A stretch of 64,000 nucleotides of DNA from Bacteroidia bacterium (GCA_965216465.1 CBDCFW010000004.1:224001-288000); one strand, 5' to 3'. Shown: positions 19,275-30,659, counted from the stretch's first letter. A program made the numbers and translations. The notes: generated from the letters alone by a model not told the origin.

Positions 19275-20297
19275 ATGGGGATTTTTAACTTTTTAACACA
19301 AGACTTAGCTATCGATTTAGGTACTGCCAACACCTTGATTATTCATAAAGACAAATTGGTGGTAGACGAGCCTTCTATCATTGCAAGAAATAGAACGACA
19401 AAAGAAGTTCTTGCGATTGGAGCGGAAGCTCAAAAGATGCACGGAAAAACGCATGAGGATATCAAAACAATACGTCCACTAAAAGATGGTGTTATTGCTG
19501 ATTTTGAAGCAGCCGAGCAAATGATACGTGGTTTTATCAAGATGATTAACAGCAAAAGTTCATTTGGTAGCCCACAGCTAAGAATGGTGATATGTATTCC
19601 AAGTGGAATCACGGAAGTTGAGAAAAGAGCCGTTAAAGAAAGTGCTGAACGTGCTGGAGGTAAAGAAGTTTATATGATTCCTGAACCAATGGCGGCAGCT
19701 ATCGGTATTGGGATTGACGTAGCTGAACCAATGGGTAATATGATTATTGACATTGGAGGTGGTACTACAGAAATTGCCGTAATTGCTTTGTCTGGTATTG
19801 TTTCTGATGAGTCTATTCGCGTTGCAGGAGATGAATTTACTGACGACATTATCGAATACATGAGACGCCAACACAACCTCATGATTGGTGAGCGTACAGC
19901 AGAATACATTAAAGTAAATGTTGGTGCTGCACTTCCAGAATTAGAAAATCCACCAGAAGATTACGCGGTAAACGGAAGAGACCTCATGACGGGTATTCCG
20001 AAGCAAATAATGGTATCCTATTCTGAGATAGCCTTAGCATTGGATAAATCAATTTCTAAAATTGAGGAAGCAGTAATGAAAGCCCTTGAGCTTACACCAC
20101 CTGAGCTTTCAGCAGATATTTATCAAACTGGACTTTATCTCACTGGAGGAGGTGCTCTTTTACGAGGTTTAGATCGTAGAATTTCAAGTAAGACCAAACT
20201 TCCTGTTTATGTTGCTGAAGATCCATTAAGAGCGGTAGTTAGAGGAACCTCAGTTGCCCTGAAAAATCTAAAAAGTTTTAAAACCATATTGCAATAA
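19275..20297 (+). CDS. mreB: Rod shape-determining protein MreB
   Basis: AIDLGTANT, IRPLKDGVIADF, EPMAAAIG, DIGGGTT, LTGGGALL; -7 box TACATTTG at 19229-19236. Confidence 0.98.
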   Translation: MGIFNFLTQDLAIDLGTANTLIIHKDKLVVDEPSIIARNRTTKEVLAIGAEAQKMHGKTHEDIKTIRPLKDGVIADFEAAEQMIRGFIKMINSKSSFGSPQLRMVICIPSGITEVEKRAVKESAERAGGKEVYMIPEPMAAAIGIGIDVAEPMGNMIIDIGGGTTEIAVIALSGIVSDESIRVAGDEFTDDIIEYMRRQHNLMIGERTAEYIKVNVGAALPELENPPEDYAVNGRDLMTGIPKQIMVSYSEIALALDKSISKIEEAVMKALELTPPELSADIYQTGLYLTGGGALLRGLDRRISSKTKLPVYVAEDPLRAVVRGTSVALKNLKSFKTILQ

Positions 20298-20303
20298 CCC
20301 TAA

Positions 20304-21128
20304 ATGCAGCGCCTATTAGCGTTTATAGAACATAACCTATACCTAATTCTGTTTGTCTTACTACAAACGGTGTGTGCATTTCTACTTTTTAAGCTTAATC
20401 CCTATCAACAAGCAGCATTTACCAATGCCGGAACAACGGTTACAGCTAGGGTAAATGAAACATCAACCAATGTGGTAGATTACCTCGATTTAACTACCCA
20501 AAACAACTACCTGCAAGATCAGATTGCAAGTCAGTTTAAAGAATCTACATCTGGGTATTTAACTTATCTCAACGACACTTTTGTTGTTAATGATAGTTCG
20601 AAACATTACTTGTTTAGTATGATTCCTGCGGAAGTGGTATTTAACACAGTACACAAAGCAGACAATGTGTTTATTATTAACGTTGGAACTAAGCATGGAG
20701 TAAAGAAAAATATGGGCGTCGTTTCATCGCAAGGATTGGCAGGAATAGTGCTAAAATCGAATAAGGATTACAGCACTGTGATGTCGTTACTTAACACCAA
20801 CATGAAGATTATTCCTTCAATCAATGGCCAGGAATATTTTACGGAATTGATATGGAATAACGAATCTCCCTATAACCTATCTATAAATGGAGTAAATAAG
20901 CTGGAAAGTATAGAAGTGGGTGACCCCATCACGACAGGGAAATCATCGCTGTTGTTTCCTAGCGGAATTCCCATTGGTAAGGTTAGCCAACTAAACGAAA
21001 TACCCAACAGCCAATACTTTGATACAAAGCTTGAAACGGCCACTAACTTTCGTGCACTTGAATATGTTTACGTGATAATAAATCACGAGAAAGATAACTT
21101 GGATTTAATGCTTTCTGAAAATGAATAG
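20304..21128 (+). CDS. mreC: Rod shape-determining protein MreC
   Basis: N-terminal TM, INVG...GVKKNMGVV, GD.ITTG.S.LFP.GIPIG; synteny. Confidence 0.92.
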   Translation: MQRLLAFIEHNLYLILFVLLQTVCAFLLFKLNPYQQAAFTNAGTTVTARVNETSTNVVDYLDLTTQNNYLQDQIASQFKESTSGYLTYLNDTFVVNDSSKHYLFSMIPAEVVFNTVHKADNVFIINVGTKHGVKKNMGVVSSQGLAGIVLKSNKDYSTVMSLLNTNMKIIPSINGQEYFTELIWNNESPYNLSINGVNKLESIEVGDPITTGKSSLLFPSGIPIGKVSQLNEIPNSQYFDTKLETATNFRALEYVYVIINHEKDNLDLMLSENE

Positions 21129-21615
21129 AATACTGAGTTGGATTATCATATTTGGATTGCAGGTCGTGGTGTTTAATCATCTCGATTTTTCAAGCTATGT
21201 CTTGCCACAAGTGTTCATTGTATTGTTAATCACACTACCAGTGCATCTTTCGAAGATTAATCAAGTATTAATAGCCTTTGCTTTAGGGCTGTTAGCTGAT
21301 TTTTTTATCTCAACACCAGGAATTCATGCCTCTGCTTGCATGACCTTGGTGCTGCTGAGAATGGGCTTGTTGCAGCGCTTAGATCTCAAAGAGCAAATAG
21401 CCAACAAGCTTAGTTTTAATGTCCGACACGTCGGAATCTCAACCTTCTTCTATATTACCGCAATTTTGGTTGTTATCTACCACTTTTACGTGTTCTCGTT
21501 AGAAAGCATAGGTGCTGTTCATTGGGTTAAAATGTTGTTGACTACCCTAATTAGCTCTTCGCTATCTTTGTTGATTATAGGACTAATTCAATTTGTTTCC
21601 TTACGCGAAAAGTGA
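21121..21615 (+). CDS. mreD: Rod shape-determining protein MreD
   Basis: Small polytopic membrane protein, AFALGLLAD.F..TPGIHA motif; synteny. Confidence 0.85.
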   Translation: MNRILSWIIIFGLQVVVFNHLDFSSYVLPQVFIVLLITLPVHLSKINQVLIAFALGLLADFFISTPGIHASACMTLVLLRMGLLQRLDLKEQIANKLSFNVRHVGISTFFYITAILVVIYHFYVFSLESIGAVHWVKMLLTTLISSSLSLLIIGLIQFVSLREK

Positions 21616-23474
21616 ACAATACTCGATCATACTACATATATGCAGCGGTTATTATTATAGGTTTGATATATATCTTCAAACTGTTACAATTACAGGTTTG
21701 GGACGATAAGTATACCATGATAGCAGAGAAAATATCGCTGCGAAAACAGTCTATTTATCCGCAAAGAGGATTGATTTTTGATCGAAATGAAAAACTGTTG
21801 GTCTACAACGATCCCGTTTACGATTTAATGGTTTCTGTTCCTATTAAATTGGGTGGAATTGATACTGTTGAGTTTTGTAAATTACTTAGGATTGAAGAAG
21901 AGGAATTTGTTTCACGCATTTCTAAATCAAAGCGTAGAGCGTATCGTGGTAAATCTGTATTCAAGAAGAATATATCAAATGAGATGTATGCTCAAATTCA
22001 AGAGCGTCTGTATGAGTTTAAAGGCTTCTTCTTTGAGATTCGTCAAGATAGAAACTACAAGTTCAACAGTTCAGCACATGTACTTGGATATCTAGGAGAG
22101 GTTAATCGTCAAGAACTCTTAGATCAGAAAGAAGGATATTACGAACAGGGAGATTTTAGTGGAAAAAAAGGTGTTGAGCACTTCTACGAAAAGTACCTGC
22201 GTGGTACTAAAGGAGAACGATATTATTACGTCGATAAGTTTGGAGTAAATAAAGGAGTATACAAAGAAGGTAAGCTTGATGTTGAGCCTATTGATGGAAA
22301 CAATCTTGTGCTTTCTTTGGATATAGATTTGCAGCAATATGGTGAGCAACTCTTAAACAACAAAATGGGAAGTGTTGTGGCGATAGAGCCAAAAACTGGT
22401 GAGATTTTAGCTTTAATTTCGAGTCCGTTTTACAATCCTGCTAACTTCAACATCCAACACCGATCAAAGCATTATGGCAAAGCTCTTCAAGATCCGACTA
22501 AACCTATTTTTAATCGGGCTGTATCAGCACCCTATCCTCCAGGTTCAACCTTCAAGCCAGTAATGGCATTGGTTGGTGTACAAGACGGAGCGATAACAAA
22601 GCATACTCATTTCAATTGTCCGGGTCATTTCAGGCTGGGAAGCAGAATTATACGCTGCCATGGGCACCCATCGAATACGAGCTTACAGCGTTCAATTGCG
22701 AGCAGTTGTAACACGTATTATTGTTACACATTTAAAAGCATGATGAACGACGATCAGTATGCCAATACTGAAGATGCTTATAAATCGTGGAGGTCATACC
22801 TACAGAGTTTTGGAATTGGCACTTACTTGGGTTCAGACGTTTCAGGAGAAGCTAAAGGTTGGTTGATGGAACCAGACTTTTATGACAAAATGCACGGTAA
22901 GAACCGATGGAGTTATGCGAGTATTATCTCACTTTCATTTGGCCAGGGGGAGTTGGGTTTAACTCCAATGCACATGGCTAATGTGGCCTCGATTATAGCC
23001 AATAGAGGTCACTACTATACTCCTCATGTGATAAAGCAAATAGAAGGGATGGATCACATTCCTGACAAGTATCTCATGAAGAATTATACCAAGATTCAAC
23101 CACACAACTTTGACGCGATTATCGAAGGTATGCACATGGTAACCACATCCGGAACAGGAACTGCTTCAGCGATTCAAGGGATAAACATAGCGGGTAAGAC
23201 GGGCACCGTTCAAAATCCGCATGGAAAGAACCACTCAGCTTACATGGCATTTGCACCTATCGAAGATCCACAAATTGCTATTGCAGTTGTGGTTGAAGAA
23301 TCGGGATACGGTGCAACTTGGGCCGCACCTATTGCACACTTGATGATTGAGAATTATCTGTCTCATGATACAGCAACAACATCATTACCTCATTTTGAAG
23401 AGCGATTGATGAACTCGGATTTAATTCCAGATAAGTACAAGAAAAAAAGAAGGGAGATTTACGGTGGAAACTAA
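21612..23474 (+). CDS. mrdA: Penicillin-binding protein 2
   Basis: RGLIFDRN, YPPGSTFK (SxxK), SCN (SxN), AGKTGT (KTG). Confidence 0.95.
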   Translation: MNNTRSYYIYAAVIIIGLIYIFKLLQLQVWDDKYTMIAEKISLRKQSIYPQRGLIFDRNEKLLVYNDPVYDLMVSVPIKLGGIDTVEFCKLLRIEEEEFVSRISKSKRRAYRGKSVFKKNISNEMYAQIQERLYEFKGFFFEIRQDRNYKFNSSAHVLGYLGEVNRQELLDQKEGYYEQGDFSGKKGVEHFYEKYLRGTKGERYYYVDKFGVNKGVYKEGKLDVEPIDGNNLVLSLDIDLQQYGEQLLNNKMGSVVAIEPKTGEILALISSPFYNPANFNIQHRSKHYGKALQDPTKPIFNRAVSAPYPPGSTFKPVMALVGVQDGAITKHTHFNCPGHFRLGSRIIRCHGHPSNTSLQRSIASSCNTYYCYTFKSMMNDDQYANTEDAYKSWRSYLQSFGIGTYLGSDVSGEAKGWLMEPDFYDKMHGKNRWSYASIISLSFGQGELGLTPMHMANVASIIANRGHYYTPHVIKQIEGMDHIPDKYLMKNYTKIQPHNFDAIIEGMHMVTTSGTGTASAIQGINIAGKTGTVQNPHGKNHSAYMAFAPIEDPQIAIAVVVEESGYGATWAAPIAHLMIENYLSHDTATTSLPHFEERLMNSDLIPDKYKKKRREIYGGN

Positions 23475-24720
23475 GGCTAGAGTTGACATAGTAAGCATAA
23501 TTCTATTCTTGCTTATTGCGATAATTGGGATATCAAGCGTTTATTCTGCGACATCTGAACAAGGTGCCTACTCATTGTTAGAAGGAAGAAGCGGAAAGCA
23601 AATCATGTGGTTTGGGATTTCCATTTTTGTGGGTGCAGTCATCTTTTTACTTAATTCGAACTTTTTTGAGGTATTCAGTTGGTACTTCTATATTTTGTTG
23701 GTGTTGCTCTTGGTGGCCGTACTACTAATTGGAACAGAAATAAATGGAGCAAAATCTTGGATTAAAATTGGTTCGTTCAGCTTACAACCTGCTGAGTTCG
23801 CCAAGTACGGAACTGCCTTTGCACTAGCGGCTTATGTCAGCAATATTGAGGTGTCGCTCACCAGAATTAAAAATTTGGCCATTATTGGGTTGATAATTCT
23901 GATTCCTATGGCATTGATTGTTTTACAACGTGACACAGGTTCGGCATTAGTGTTTTCAAGCTTTATCTTAGTGCTCTATCGGGAAGGTCTTACGCCTTTG
24001 GTTGTTGTTCTTGGCTTACTAGCAATAGCCATATTTGTGTTAACCATGGTAATTGGGTTCACCGCATTTTCGGTGGCTGTTGGTGTTATTCTTCTGGTGT
24101 TTTATGCTTTTACTTATACCAATAAAAAGCTTTTATTGCCGTCGCTTTACACTGCCGTTGCCATTGTGCTTTTCAGCTTGAGCGTTCAATTCATTTTTAA
24201 AAATGTGCTACAAGAACACCAGCAGAAAAGAATATTGGTTACGCTTAATCTGCTAGAAGACAAAAAGGGAGCAGGTTATAATGTGGATCAGGCCAAAATA
24301 GCGATTGGCTCAGGTGGTTTTAGTGGTAAAGGCTTTCTTAACGGTTCGCATACGAAAGGAGATTTTATTCCAGAACAAACTACCGACTTTATCTTTTGTA
24401 CCATAGGCGAAGAGGGAGGATGGTTACTCAGTAGCGGCACAATCCTGCTCTTTGTTTTGTTCATATTACGACTTTACCACCTTGCAGGGCGAGCAAAGAA
24501 GAAGTACAAACGGATATTTATATTTAGTTTGGCTTCAATCTTATTCTTTCACCTGACCGTTAATGTGGGTATGACTATAGGGTTAATGCCAGTAATTGGA
24601 ATTCCATTACCGTTAATTTCATACGGAGGCTCCTCAATATTGGCGTTTAGCATATTCATATTCACAGCACTTAAAATGGATTCAACCCGAGATCAAGATT
24701 TAAAATCTGTACTTACATGA
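23464..24720 (+). CDS. rodA: Rod shape-determining protein RodA (SEDS glycosyltransferase)
   Basis: GAKSWI, QPAEFAK, QRDTGS, AIGSGG..GKG, PEQTTDFIF, GIPLPLISYGGSS. Confidence 0.95.
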   Translation: METKARVDIVSIILFLLIAIIGISSVYSATSEQGAYSLLEGRSGKQIMWFGISIFVGAVIFLLNSNFFEVFSWYFYILLVLLLVAVLLIGTEINGAKSWIKIGSFSLQPAEFAKYGTAFALAAYVSNIEVSLTRIKNLAIIGLIILIPMALIVLQRDTGSALVFSSFILVLYREGLTPLVVVLGLLAIAIFVLTMVIGFTAFSVAVGVILLVFYAFTYTNKKLLLPSLYTAVAIVLFSLSVQFIFKNVLQEHQQKRILVTLNLLEDKKGAGYNVDQAKIAIGSGGFSGKGFLNGSHTKGDFIPEQTTDFIFCTIGEEGGWLLSSGTILLFVLFILRLYHLAGRAKKKYKRIFIFSLASILFFHLTVNVGMTIGLMPVIGIPLPLISYGGSSILAFSIFIFTALKMDSTRDQDLKSVLT

Positions 24721-25358
24721 TTACAGTTCATCAATTACCCTACAACCCGTTTTCAGAAAATACTTATGTGTTGGCAGATAGCCAAAACAATGCGATCATA
24801 ATTGATCCAGGAATGTACTTCCCTCAAGAGCAATCTCACTTGTTTGAATTCTTGAACCACCATAAACTGAAACCTGTTCACCTATGGTTAACTCATGCAC
24901 ACTTAGATCATGTGTTTGGCGTAAATTGGGTATATAAAACCTATAATCTTGTACCACAGCTGGAGGCAGATGATTTGTTTATCTATGAAAGTGCGGTTGC
25001 AACAGCAAATCAATATGGACTATCAATGGATCCTCTTGTTGATTGCCAAACAAGCTTTAATGATGGAGATATGTTGTCAGTCGATAACACTGAATTGGAG
25101 GTTATTAAGGCTCCCGGACATTCACCAGGCAGTATATGTTTTTATTGTAAAAGAGATGGATTTATTATTTCAGGAGATGTTCTGTTTCAAGGCAGTATAG
25201 GTAGAACCGATTTGCCAGGTGGAAGTTTTGATCAATTGATTACGAGTATTCGGTCAAGGCTATTGACCTTACCTGATGATGTTACGGTCTATTCTGGGCA
25301 TGGTCCGGCAACGACTATTGGACAGGAACGACAGTCAAATCCATTTCTGATTCAATAA
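24717..25358 (+). CDS. MBL-fold metallo-hydrolase (glyoxalase II/YcbL-like)
   Basis: THAHLDH, PGHSPG, SGDVLF.GSIGRTD, YSGHG. Confidence 0.9.
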   Translation: MITVHQLPYNPFSENTYVLADSQNNAIIIDPGMYFPQEQSHLFEFLNHHKLKPVHLWLTHAHLDHVFGVNWVYKTYNLVPQLEADDLFIYESAVATANQYGLSMDPLVDCQTSFNDGDMLSVDNTELEVIKAPGHSPGSICFYCKRDGFIISGDVLFQGSIGRTDLPGGSFDQLITSIRSRLLTLPDDVTVYSGHGPATTIGQERQSNPFLIQ

Positions 25359-25385
25359 AAAAGCCCTTCCAAAAGGAAAGGCTTT
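25357..25385 (-). terminator. Intrinsic terminator between convergent MBL gene and porV
   Basis: AAAAAAGCCCTTCC-AAAA-GGAAAGGCTTT hairpin; U-tract on the minus strand. Confidence 0.7.
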
Positions 25386-25405
25386 ACATTGTGTTTTAAT
25401 TTCTT

Positions 25406-26596
25406 TTAGATATCATCTTGAGCTTTGAATGCGTCGATGTCAAACAAGAGGCTAAATCTGATTGTATTTTGAAGAGGATGTCTTCTAGTAAATGGTTGCA
25501 AATAAGCCGCGTCAATTTGGAACACTTTATACTTCAGTCCAGCTCCAAATGTCACATATTTACGTGCACCTTTCGTATCTGATTCGTTGAAGTAACCCGC
25601 TCTAAGAGCAAATTGCTTATCGTACCAATATTCTACACCAATTGAATAAGTGAACTCTTTTAATTCTTCTTGAAATCCTGCAGGGGCATCACTAAACGAG
25701 GTTAGCATTCCTTGAATTACCGCTTGGTCATCTATTTCTCGGCCGATTATGTTACCCAAAGAATCATAAATGTATTGCGGAGTAGGAACTAATAGTTTGT
25801 TAAAGTCAACTCCAAACCCAATTTCGTTATATTCGTCTAATTGTGTTTTCCAGAAAGTTCCAACGCGAAAATTAACAGGAATAAAATCTCTATTGGCTTC
25901 AGTGGTATAGGTAATTTTGTTTCCAATATTGCTAATGTTTCCACCGATGGTGTAATCAAAGTCTCTGCCACCAATTTCTGCATCATTAACATAAGTCATT
26001 GATACGTCTCCGGCACCAGCAAGTCCAGCCTTAATTTCTGAGCCGCTCACACCTACTTGTCCTCTCGCGAGATCCGACATGATGAAACGTAGGGCTATAC
26101 CCAATGAAAGGTTGTCAGAGAGTTTACGAGCATAAGCTCCATCTAGAGCAAACTCTTTTGGCTCGTAGTTTCCGTTTGGATTACCATTGATGTCTGTGAA
26201 CTGAATATCTCCTAAGGTGAAATATCTCAAAGAAGCTGCGAAAGCACTTTGCTTATCAATTTTTTTGTAGCCAGAAAGGTAGTAGAACCAAATATCTGGA
26301 ACCAGTTGGCGTAGCCAAGGAGCGGCAGATAGCGCAAAACCCGCATCATCTTCAATAAACGCAAGCTTTGAAGGGTTCCAATGTATTGAATTAGCGTCAG
26401 CTGATGTTGCCACACCAAGGTCTCCCATTGCAGCACCTCTCGAATCAGGTGAGATTAGAAGGAAAGGAGCAGCAGTAGTAATCACATTACGTTGACCTAA
26501 AAGATCAGTGTTAGTATTAACCGTAGGAGTAGTCGTTTGTGCCTTAATGCCAAGGGTTGAAATCAGGGCAAGGCCAATTAATAATTTATTCTTCAA
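25406..26596 (-). CDS. porV: T9SS outer-membrane shuttle protein PorV
   Basis: ITTAAPFLLISPDSRGAAMGD, WNPSK, PWLRQL, ALRAGYF.E...KG.RKY.TFGAG; downstream of porU. Start set at TTG 26596 (signal peptide MKNKLLIG...), below the -7 box TACATTTG at 26615-26622. Confidence 0.92.
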   Translation of the reverse strand: MKNKLLIGLALISTLGIKAQTTTPTVNTNTDLLGQRNVITTAAPFLLISPDSRGAAMGDLGVATSADANSIHWNPSKLAFIEDDAGFALSAAPWLRQLVPDIWFYYLSGYKKIDKQSAFAASLRYFTLGDIQFTDINGNPNGNYEPKEFALDGAYARKLSDNLSLGIALRFIMSDLARGQVGVSGSEIKAGLAGAGDVSMTYVNDAEIGGRDFDYTIGGNISNIGNKITYTTEANRDFIPVNFRVGTFWKTQLDEYNEIGFGVDFNKLLVPTPQYIYDSLGNIIGREIDDQAVIQGMLTSFSDAPAGFQEELKEFTYSIGVEYWYDKQFALRAGYFNESDTKGARKYVTFGAGLKYKVFQIDAAYLQPFTRRHPLQNTIRFSLLFDIDAFKAQDDI

Positions 26597-26634
26597 TTTT
26601 AGATTATTTGTTCGCAAATGTATCATTTATTTTT

Positions 26635-29600
26635 TTAGTTAATAATGAATAGTTTTTGAGTTTTTGTTTGGGTTGAGCCATCCTCAGCCTCAACTTTTAG
26701 GGTATATAAATAAACTCCTCGAGCTATTCTGTCTCCATATTGATCGGTACCGTCCCAAGTGAGCTCTTCGATTATTTGTGCAGGTGCGTTTATATGTGCA
26801 GGAGCATTTAAAATATCTGTTGTAATGCTTTTAACTACATTGCCAGCAATTGTTGATATTGTTAAATTAACTGATAAGTTCTGGCCTGACTTATTATGGT
26901 CAAAGTGAAACTCTGTGTATTTGTTAAATGGATTTGGGTAGTTCAAAACATTTTCCACTACAATATCTGCTTCTTCAGTAACTACAAATTCGGTATAATC
27001 TTCCGCAGAATTGTTGTAAACGTCCCAAACTTTAAGCGTAATGGTATGTCTTCCAGGCGTTAATTGTGAGAAAGGATACTCAATCACGCCGCTTTGATAA
27101 CTGTTCAGTTCAGGTGAATAATAATCGTTCAAAATTATCGACTCTTCAAATTCAGTTCCTTCATCGAGAATAGCTTCCATTTCTCTTCCTATACCGCTGC
27201 CAATTGTATTGATTCCATTTTCATCATAGATGTCAGCAATTAACATTGGTGTCTTAGAAGTAGTTCCCCCAAATACCCAACTTCGGTCATCAATAAATAA
27301 GTTCAAGCTTGGTGGTTCTTTATCGTTTTTAAGGCTGTCGCTTGTGCCTCCAATTTTATAGCTAAGCTCTGAGCCTCCGGCATGTTTTAATCCATCCTTG
27401 GCATAGTAAGATAATTTTCCTTCACCTACATTGTATGCAATGTCTTTTGGAACTACAAATTGGAAACTAAACTTACCATTTACGATGGAAGCTTCTCCCT
27501 TGTATATAATTCTATCCTGCATTTCAAACTCAATTGGGATGCTTCGTGGATCATTACCTAACGTTTTATATGTTGAGAATTTATCGTAGAAAGTAGGGTA
27601 GAGGGTTCCATTAAAATCATCAAGCAAATTATTGCCGTTATCTCTAATTTCACCTTCAATCGTAACCAAGCCTAAAGCTTTTAAAGTGTCGTTGAAGTTA
27701 CCAGTTTGAACACCATTAATGTGTGTGGTAACTACATTGTATTCTGGATAGTGCAATCGCATTGCTGGATCACCCAATAGCATAAAGCAACGCTTGTTGA
27801 TTTCTTCATTAGGATCTGCATTTCTTGTATTTCTATAAACTTCACCGAGGGGCTGCAATGCTTGTCCACCGCTCTCAAACAGATTGTTGTTAATGATTTC
27901 AAAGTTCAGATCTGTGTTGGTTCCAATGTATACTACTCGAGTTGTAGCTACCATGCCAATAGCACCTCCATTTGGATTAAGTAACATCAATTCGCCTGGA
28001 GATTCAATGTCGAGGTTGTCAATTTTTGCCAATTCGCAGCTGGCTGTAATGTAAAACGATAGTTTATCTTTATTAGTCCAAGAACTGATTTCAGGACGTG
28101 TAACCACGCGCTCATGAGCCATGCCGTTTTCTCCTCCGTGACCAACATAATTGAAGATTAAGGTTCCTCGGCTGTTTAATGCTTTATTAATTTCTTCATT
28201 TACTTTAGGGTACTTGTTCCCACTACCGAAGGAAACTTGTTCGTAAGCATCAAGCCAAATCTTATTGATATTGTATTCTGGATACTGATTTCTAATAACC
28301 GTTGTCATGCCTTCAGATGGACCAACGTGGTCATTGCCATCTTCATCGTCACCAACAAATGTTAAAGTTTGAATCCAGTTGCCTAAACTTACCTCATCAT
28401 GGTAATGAAGAATTTTATCTACCACAATTGTGGCTTCAGCTAAATTGCTTACTGGAAGTCTACCTACACCAATATCAAGTGCTTCATCTTTGTTTTGAAT
28501 ACCCCAGAAACCTTCAGAATCATCCAAAATTGCATAGTAATCATCTGAACAATATGAATAAGGAGGATTGTATGAATTTCCGCTTTGATAGATAGGGACA
28601 ACATTGGTGTTGTTGGCTTCAATATCTTTATAATCATAGCTAGCATCACCAAATAATAATAGGTATTTGAGTGAATATCCACCGCTGTTACCGCGGTCGT
28701 AAAGCAATTTTACGAAGTCTCTAATGCCAGTAATATCTTGAGATCCAGAAGAAAACTCATTGTAAATCTGTTCTGTTGTTACCACTTCAACTTTCAGGTT
28801 GGAGTAATCGCGATGAAAGTCGGCTAATCGATTTGCTTCAGTTAAAAGGTCTTTTCGTGTAACAATTAAATAATCGATCTCAGTGATAGCATGCAAATTT
28901 TGGTTTTCAACTTGACCGATAAATTCTGGATTGCTTGGAGAATTTTCATCAAAAAGTATAAACTGAGGTGCGTTGTCTGTTGCAACATTTTGGATGATAC
29001 AACTTTGAGCTCCTCCATCTAAATAAGTTTCTTGTGAAGTAGGAGTGTTTAACTCGCTAATGTTCCAAAGGTGATGTTGAGCGGTTAATCCTTGAAAACT
29101 GTAGGCATTATTGCCACCAACCATATGACTGCTGGTTTTAATAACCTGTTGAGGATCTAAAGCACTCATTTGTCTTTGAGGAACAAATAAAAAGTAATCG
29201 ATCCACGCAATAGACTCATTCAGATTTTTGTCGTAATCAAACTCAATAGCGAATTGACCAGAACTTAACGTGAAGTCTTTTCTTGAAGTCTTTGGACCCG
29301 CAATGAAGGGTTGATCATATTCACCAAATACCGTTCCGTGTGGAATCTCATAGGGGGCATTATTTTGAATTGTTAAGTAAATTCTTGAAGAATTAAGTGA
29401 GCGCACTCCTGTAATTGTAGTAAATGGATAATCTCCAGGAACAATCCCACTTATTGAGTATTCAAACGTCTTGGTGGTGTTGTGTTGCATCTTATCACCC
29501 CACCATCTTCTACCTGATTTAATATGATTTTCTTCATTGCTTTCGTGGTAGATAGTATAGTCGTACGTTGAAATATTATTGTCGATGCTGGTGCCTTGAT

Positions 29601-30504
29601 TCGACGATTGGCTAGCGATTCGTTTTCCGGCATCGCCTCCCCAAGTTAGGAAATAGTAAGACTTGGTGTCGTAATGGTTGCCTTTGTATTCATAACGCTG
29701 TTGATCATGATTAAAGTAAACATCAGTTGGGCCTTTAGCATACCACCACACATAGTCTGAAGCATCCCAATCGTTATTACCGTTGGCGTCGTAAACATAA
29801 ATGGCATTTTCAACAAGGTCTTCCGGGCGTTCAGTGATTATTGGTTCTGGTAGCATTGTGCCTCCATTTCCATAAATTTTAAAAGTAGATAAGTCGATAC
29901 TCGAAACATCTATTCCGTTCTGAGTTAAGAAGTTACGGTCAATTTTATAAACTCCATCTTGCGAAATAGCTACTTTATAATGGTTCCCAGTGGTGAGTAC
30001 TGAGGTATAGGTTTGGTCTTTTTTAGACTTGAAATTGCGGCTGACCTCTCGGCTTACTGTTGTTTTATAGTTTATAGTGCAAGATTCGAGTAATTCAGTT
30101 CCGCTATTGAAATTTCGAATTGGTGTAAGTTTAAGATTGATGTATTTAACCCCTTTTATGTATGAATAACTATAATTCAATTCAAATTCACCTGAAATTT
30201 GGTCTTTTAAGCGACTGTTTGGTCTAAAAGTGGTCTTTATATTACTCAGATAAACATCAGCAATATCTACACCCTGTGCTGGAAACTGCTTTGTGATGTA
30301 AGGAATGATAAACTCATTCGCGATAGATTCTTTGCAATTTACACAGGAGTAAACAGAAAGTTTCTGAGTGCCAGATAGTTCTGGATCAAAATCAACATCT
30401 TCGGTAATTGACCATGACAATTGAACGTCAATGTTTTGCCCCCATGAAATTGTTGTCAATCCCAAGAGAATTAAGGTGAACAGGTAGCTTGTTGTCTTAC
30501 GCAT
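26635..30504 (-). CDS. porU: T9SS sortase PorU (peptidase C25 family)
   Basis: YNEFSSG, LLLFGDASYDYK, SDDYY, IGVGRLP, YVGHGGE (His), TASCE (Cys), LLGDP, KVWDVYNN, CTD NYPNPF; start taken as ATG 30504. Confidence 0.94.
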   Translation of the reverse strand: MRKTTSYLFTLILLGLTTISWGQNIDVQLSWSITEDVDFDPELSGTQKLSVYSCVNCKESIANEFIIPYITKQFPAQGVDIADVYLSNIKTTFRPNSRLKDQISGEFELNYSYSYIKGVKYINLKLTPIRNFNSGTELLESCTINYKTTVSREVSRNFKSKKDQTYTSVLTTGNHYKVAISQDGVYKIDRNFLTQNGIDVSSIDLSTFKIYGNGGTMLPEPIITERPEDLVENAIYVYDANGNNDWDASDYVWWYAKGPTDVYFNHDQQRYEYKGNHYDTKSYYFLTWGGDAGKRIASQSSNQGTSIDNNISTYDYTIYHESNEENHIKSGRRWWGDKMQHNTTKTFEYSISGIVPGDYPFTTITGVRSLNSSRIYLTIQNNAPYEIPHGTVFGEYDQPFIAGPKTSRKDFTLSSGQFAIEFDYDKNLNESIAWIDYFLFVPQRQMSALDPQQVIKTSSHMVGGNNAYSFQGLTAQHHLWNISELNTPTSQETYLDGGAQSCIIQNVATDNAPQFILFDENSPSNPEFIGQVENQNLHAITEIDYLIVTRKDLLTEANRLADFHRDYSNLKVEVVTTEQIYNEFSSGSQDITGIRDFVKLLYDRGNSGGYSLKYLLLFGDASYDYKDIEANNTNVVPIYQSGNSYNPPYSYCSDDYYAILDDSEGFWGIQNKDEALDIGVGRLPVSNLAEATIVVDKILHYHDEVSLGNWIQTLTFVGDDEDGNDHVGPSEGMTTVIRNQYPEYNINKIWLDAYEQVSFGSGNKYPKVNEEINKALNSRGTLIFNYVGHGGENGMAHERVVTRPEISSWTNKDKLSFYITASCELAKIDNLDIESPGELMLLNPNGGAIGMVATTRVVYIGTNTDLNFEIINNNLFESGGQALQPLGEVYRNTRNADPNEEINKRCFMLLGDPAMRLHYPEYNVVTTHINGVQTGNFNDTLKALGLVTIEGEIRDNGNNLLDDFNGTLYPTFYDKFSTYKTLGNDPRSIPIEFEMQDRIIYKGEASIVNGKFSFQFVVPKDIAYNVGEGKLSYYAKDGLKHAGGSELSYKIGGTSDSLKNDKEPPSLNLFIDDRSWVFGGTTSKTPMLIADIYDENGINTIGSGIGREMEAILDEGTEFEESIILNDYYSPELNSYQSGVIEYPFSQLTPGRHTITLKVWDVYNNSAEDYTEFVVTEEADIVVENVLNYPNPFNKYTEFHFDHNKSGQNLSVNLTISTIAGNVVKSITTDILNAPAHINAPAQIIEELTWDGTDQYGDRIARGVYLYTLKVEAEDGSTQTKTQKLFIIN

Positions 30505-30659
30505 TTTTCGATTAAACGAATAAACTCTCAATTCTAACATTATTCGGCCGATATTTATTGTATTAACTTTATAAAAAGCCGATTATGACATAATAATTGA
30601 TTTTTTTTATCGTATCTTTACAAATGTTTTATTTTTGTGTGTTTAATTAATTCTCAGAT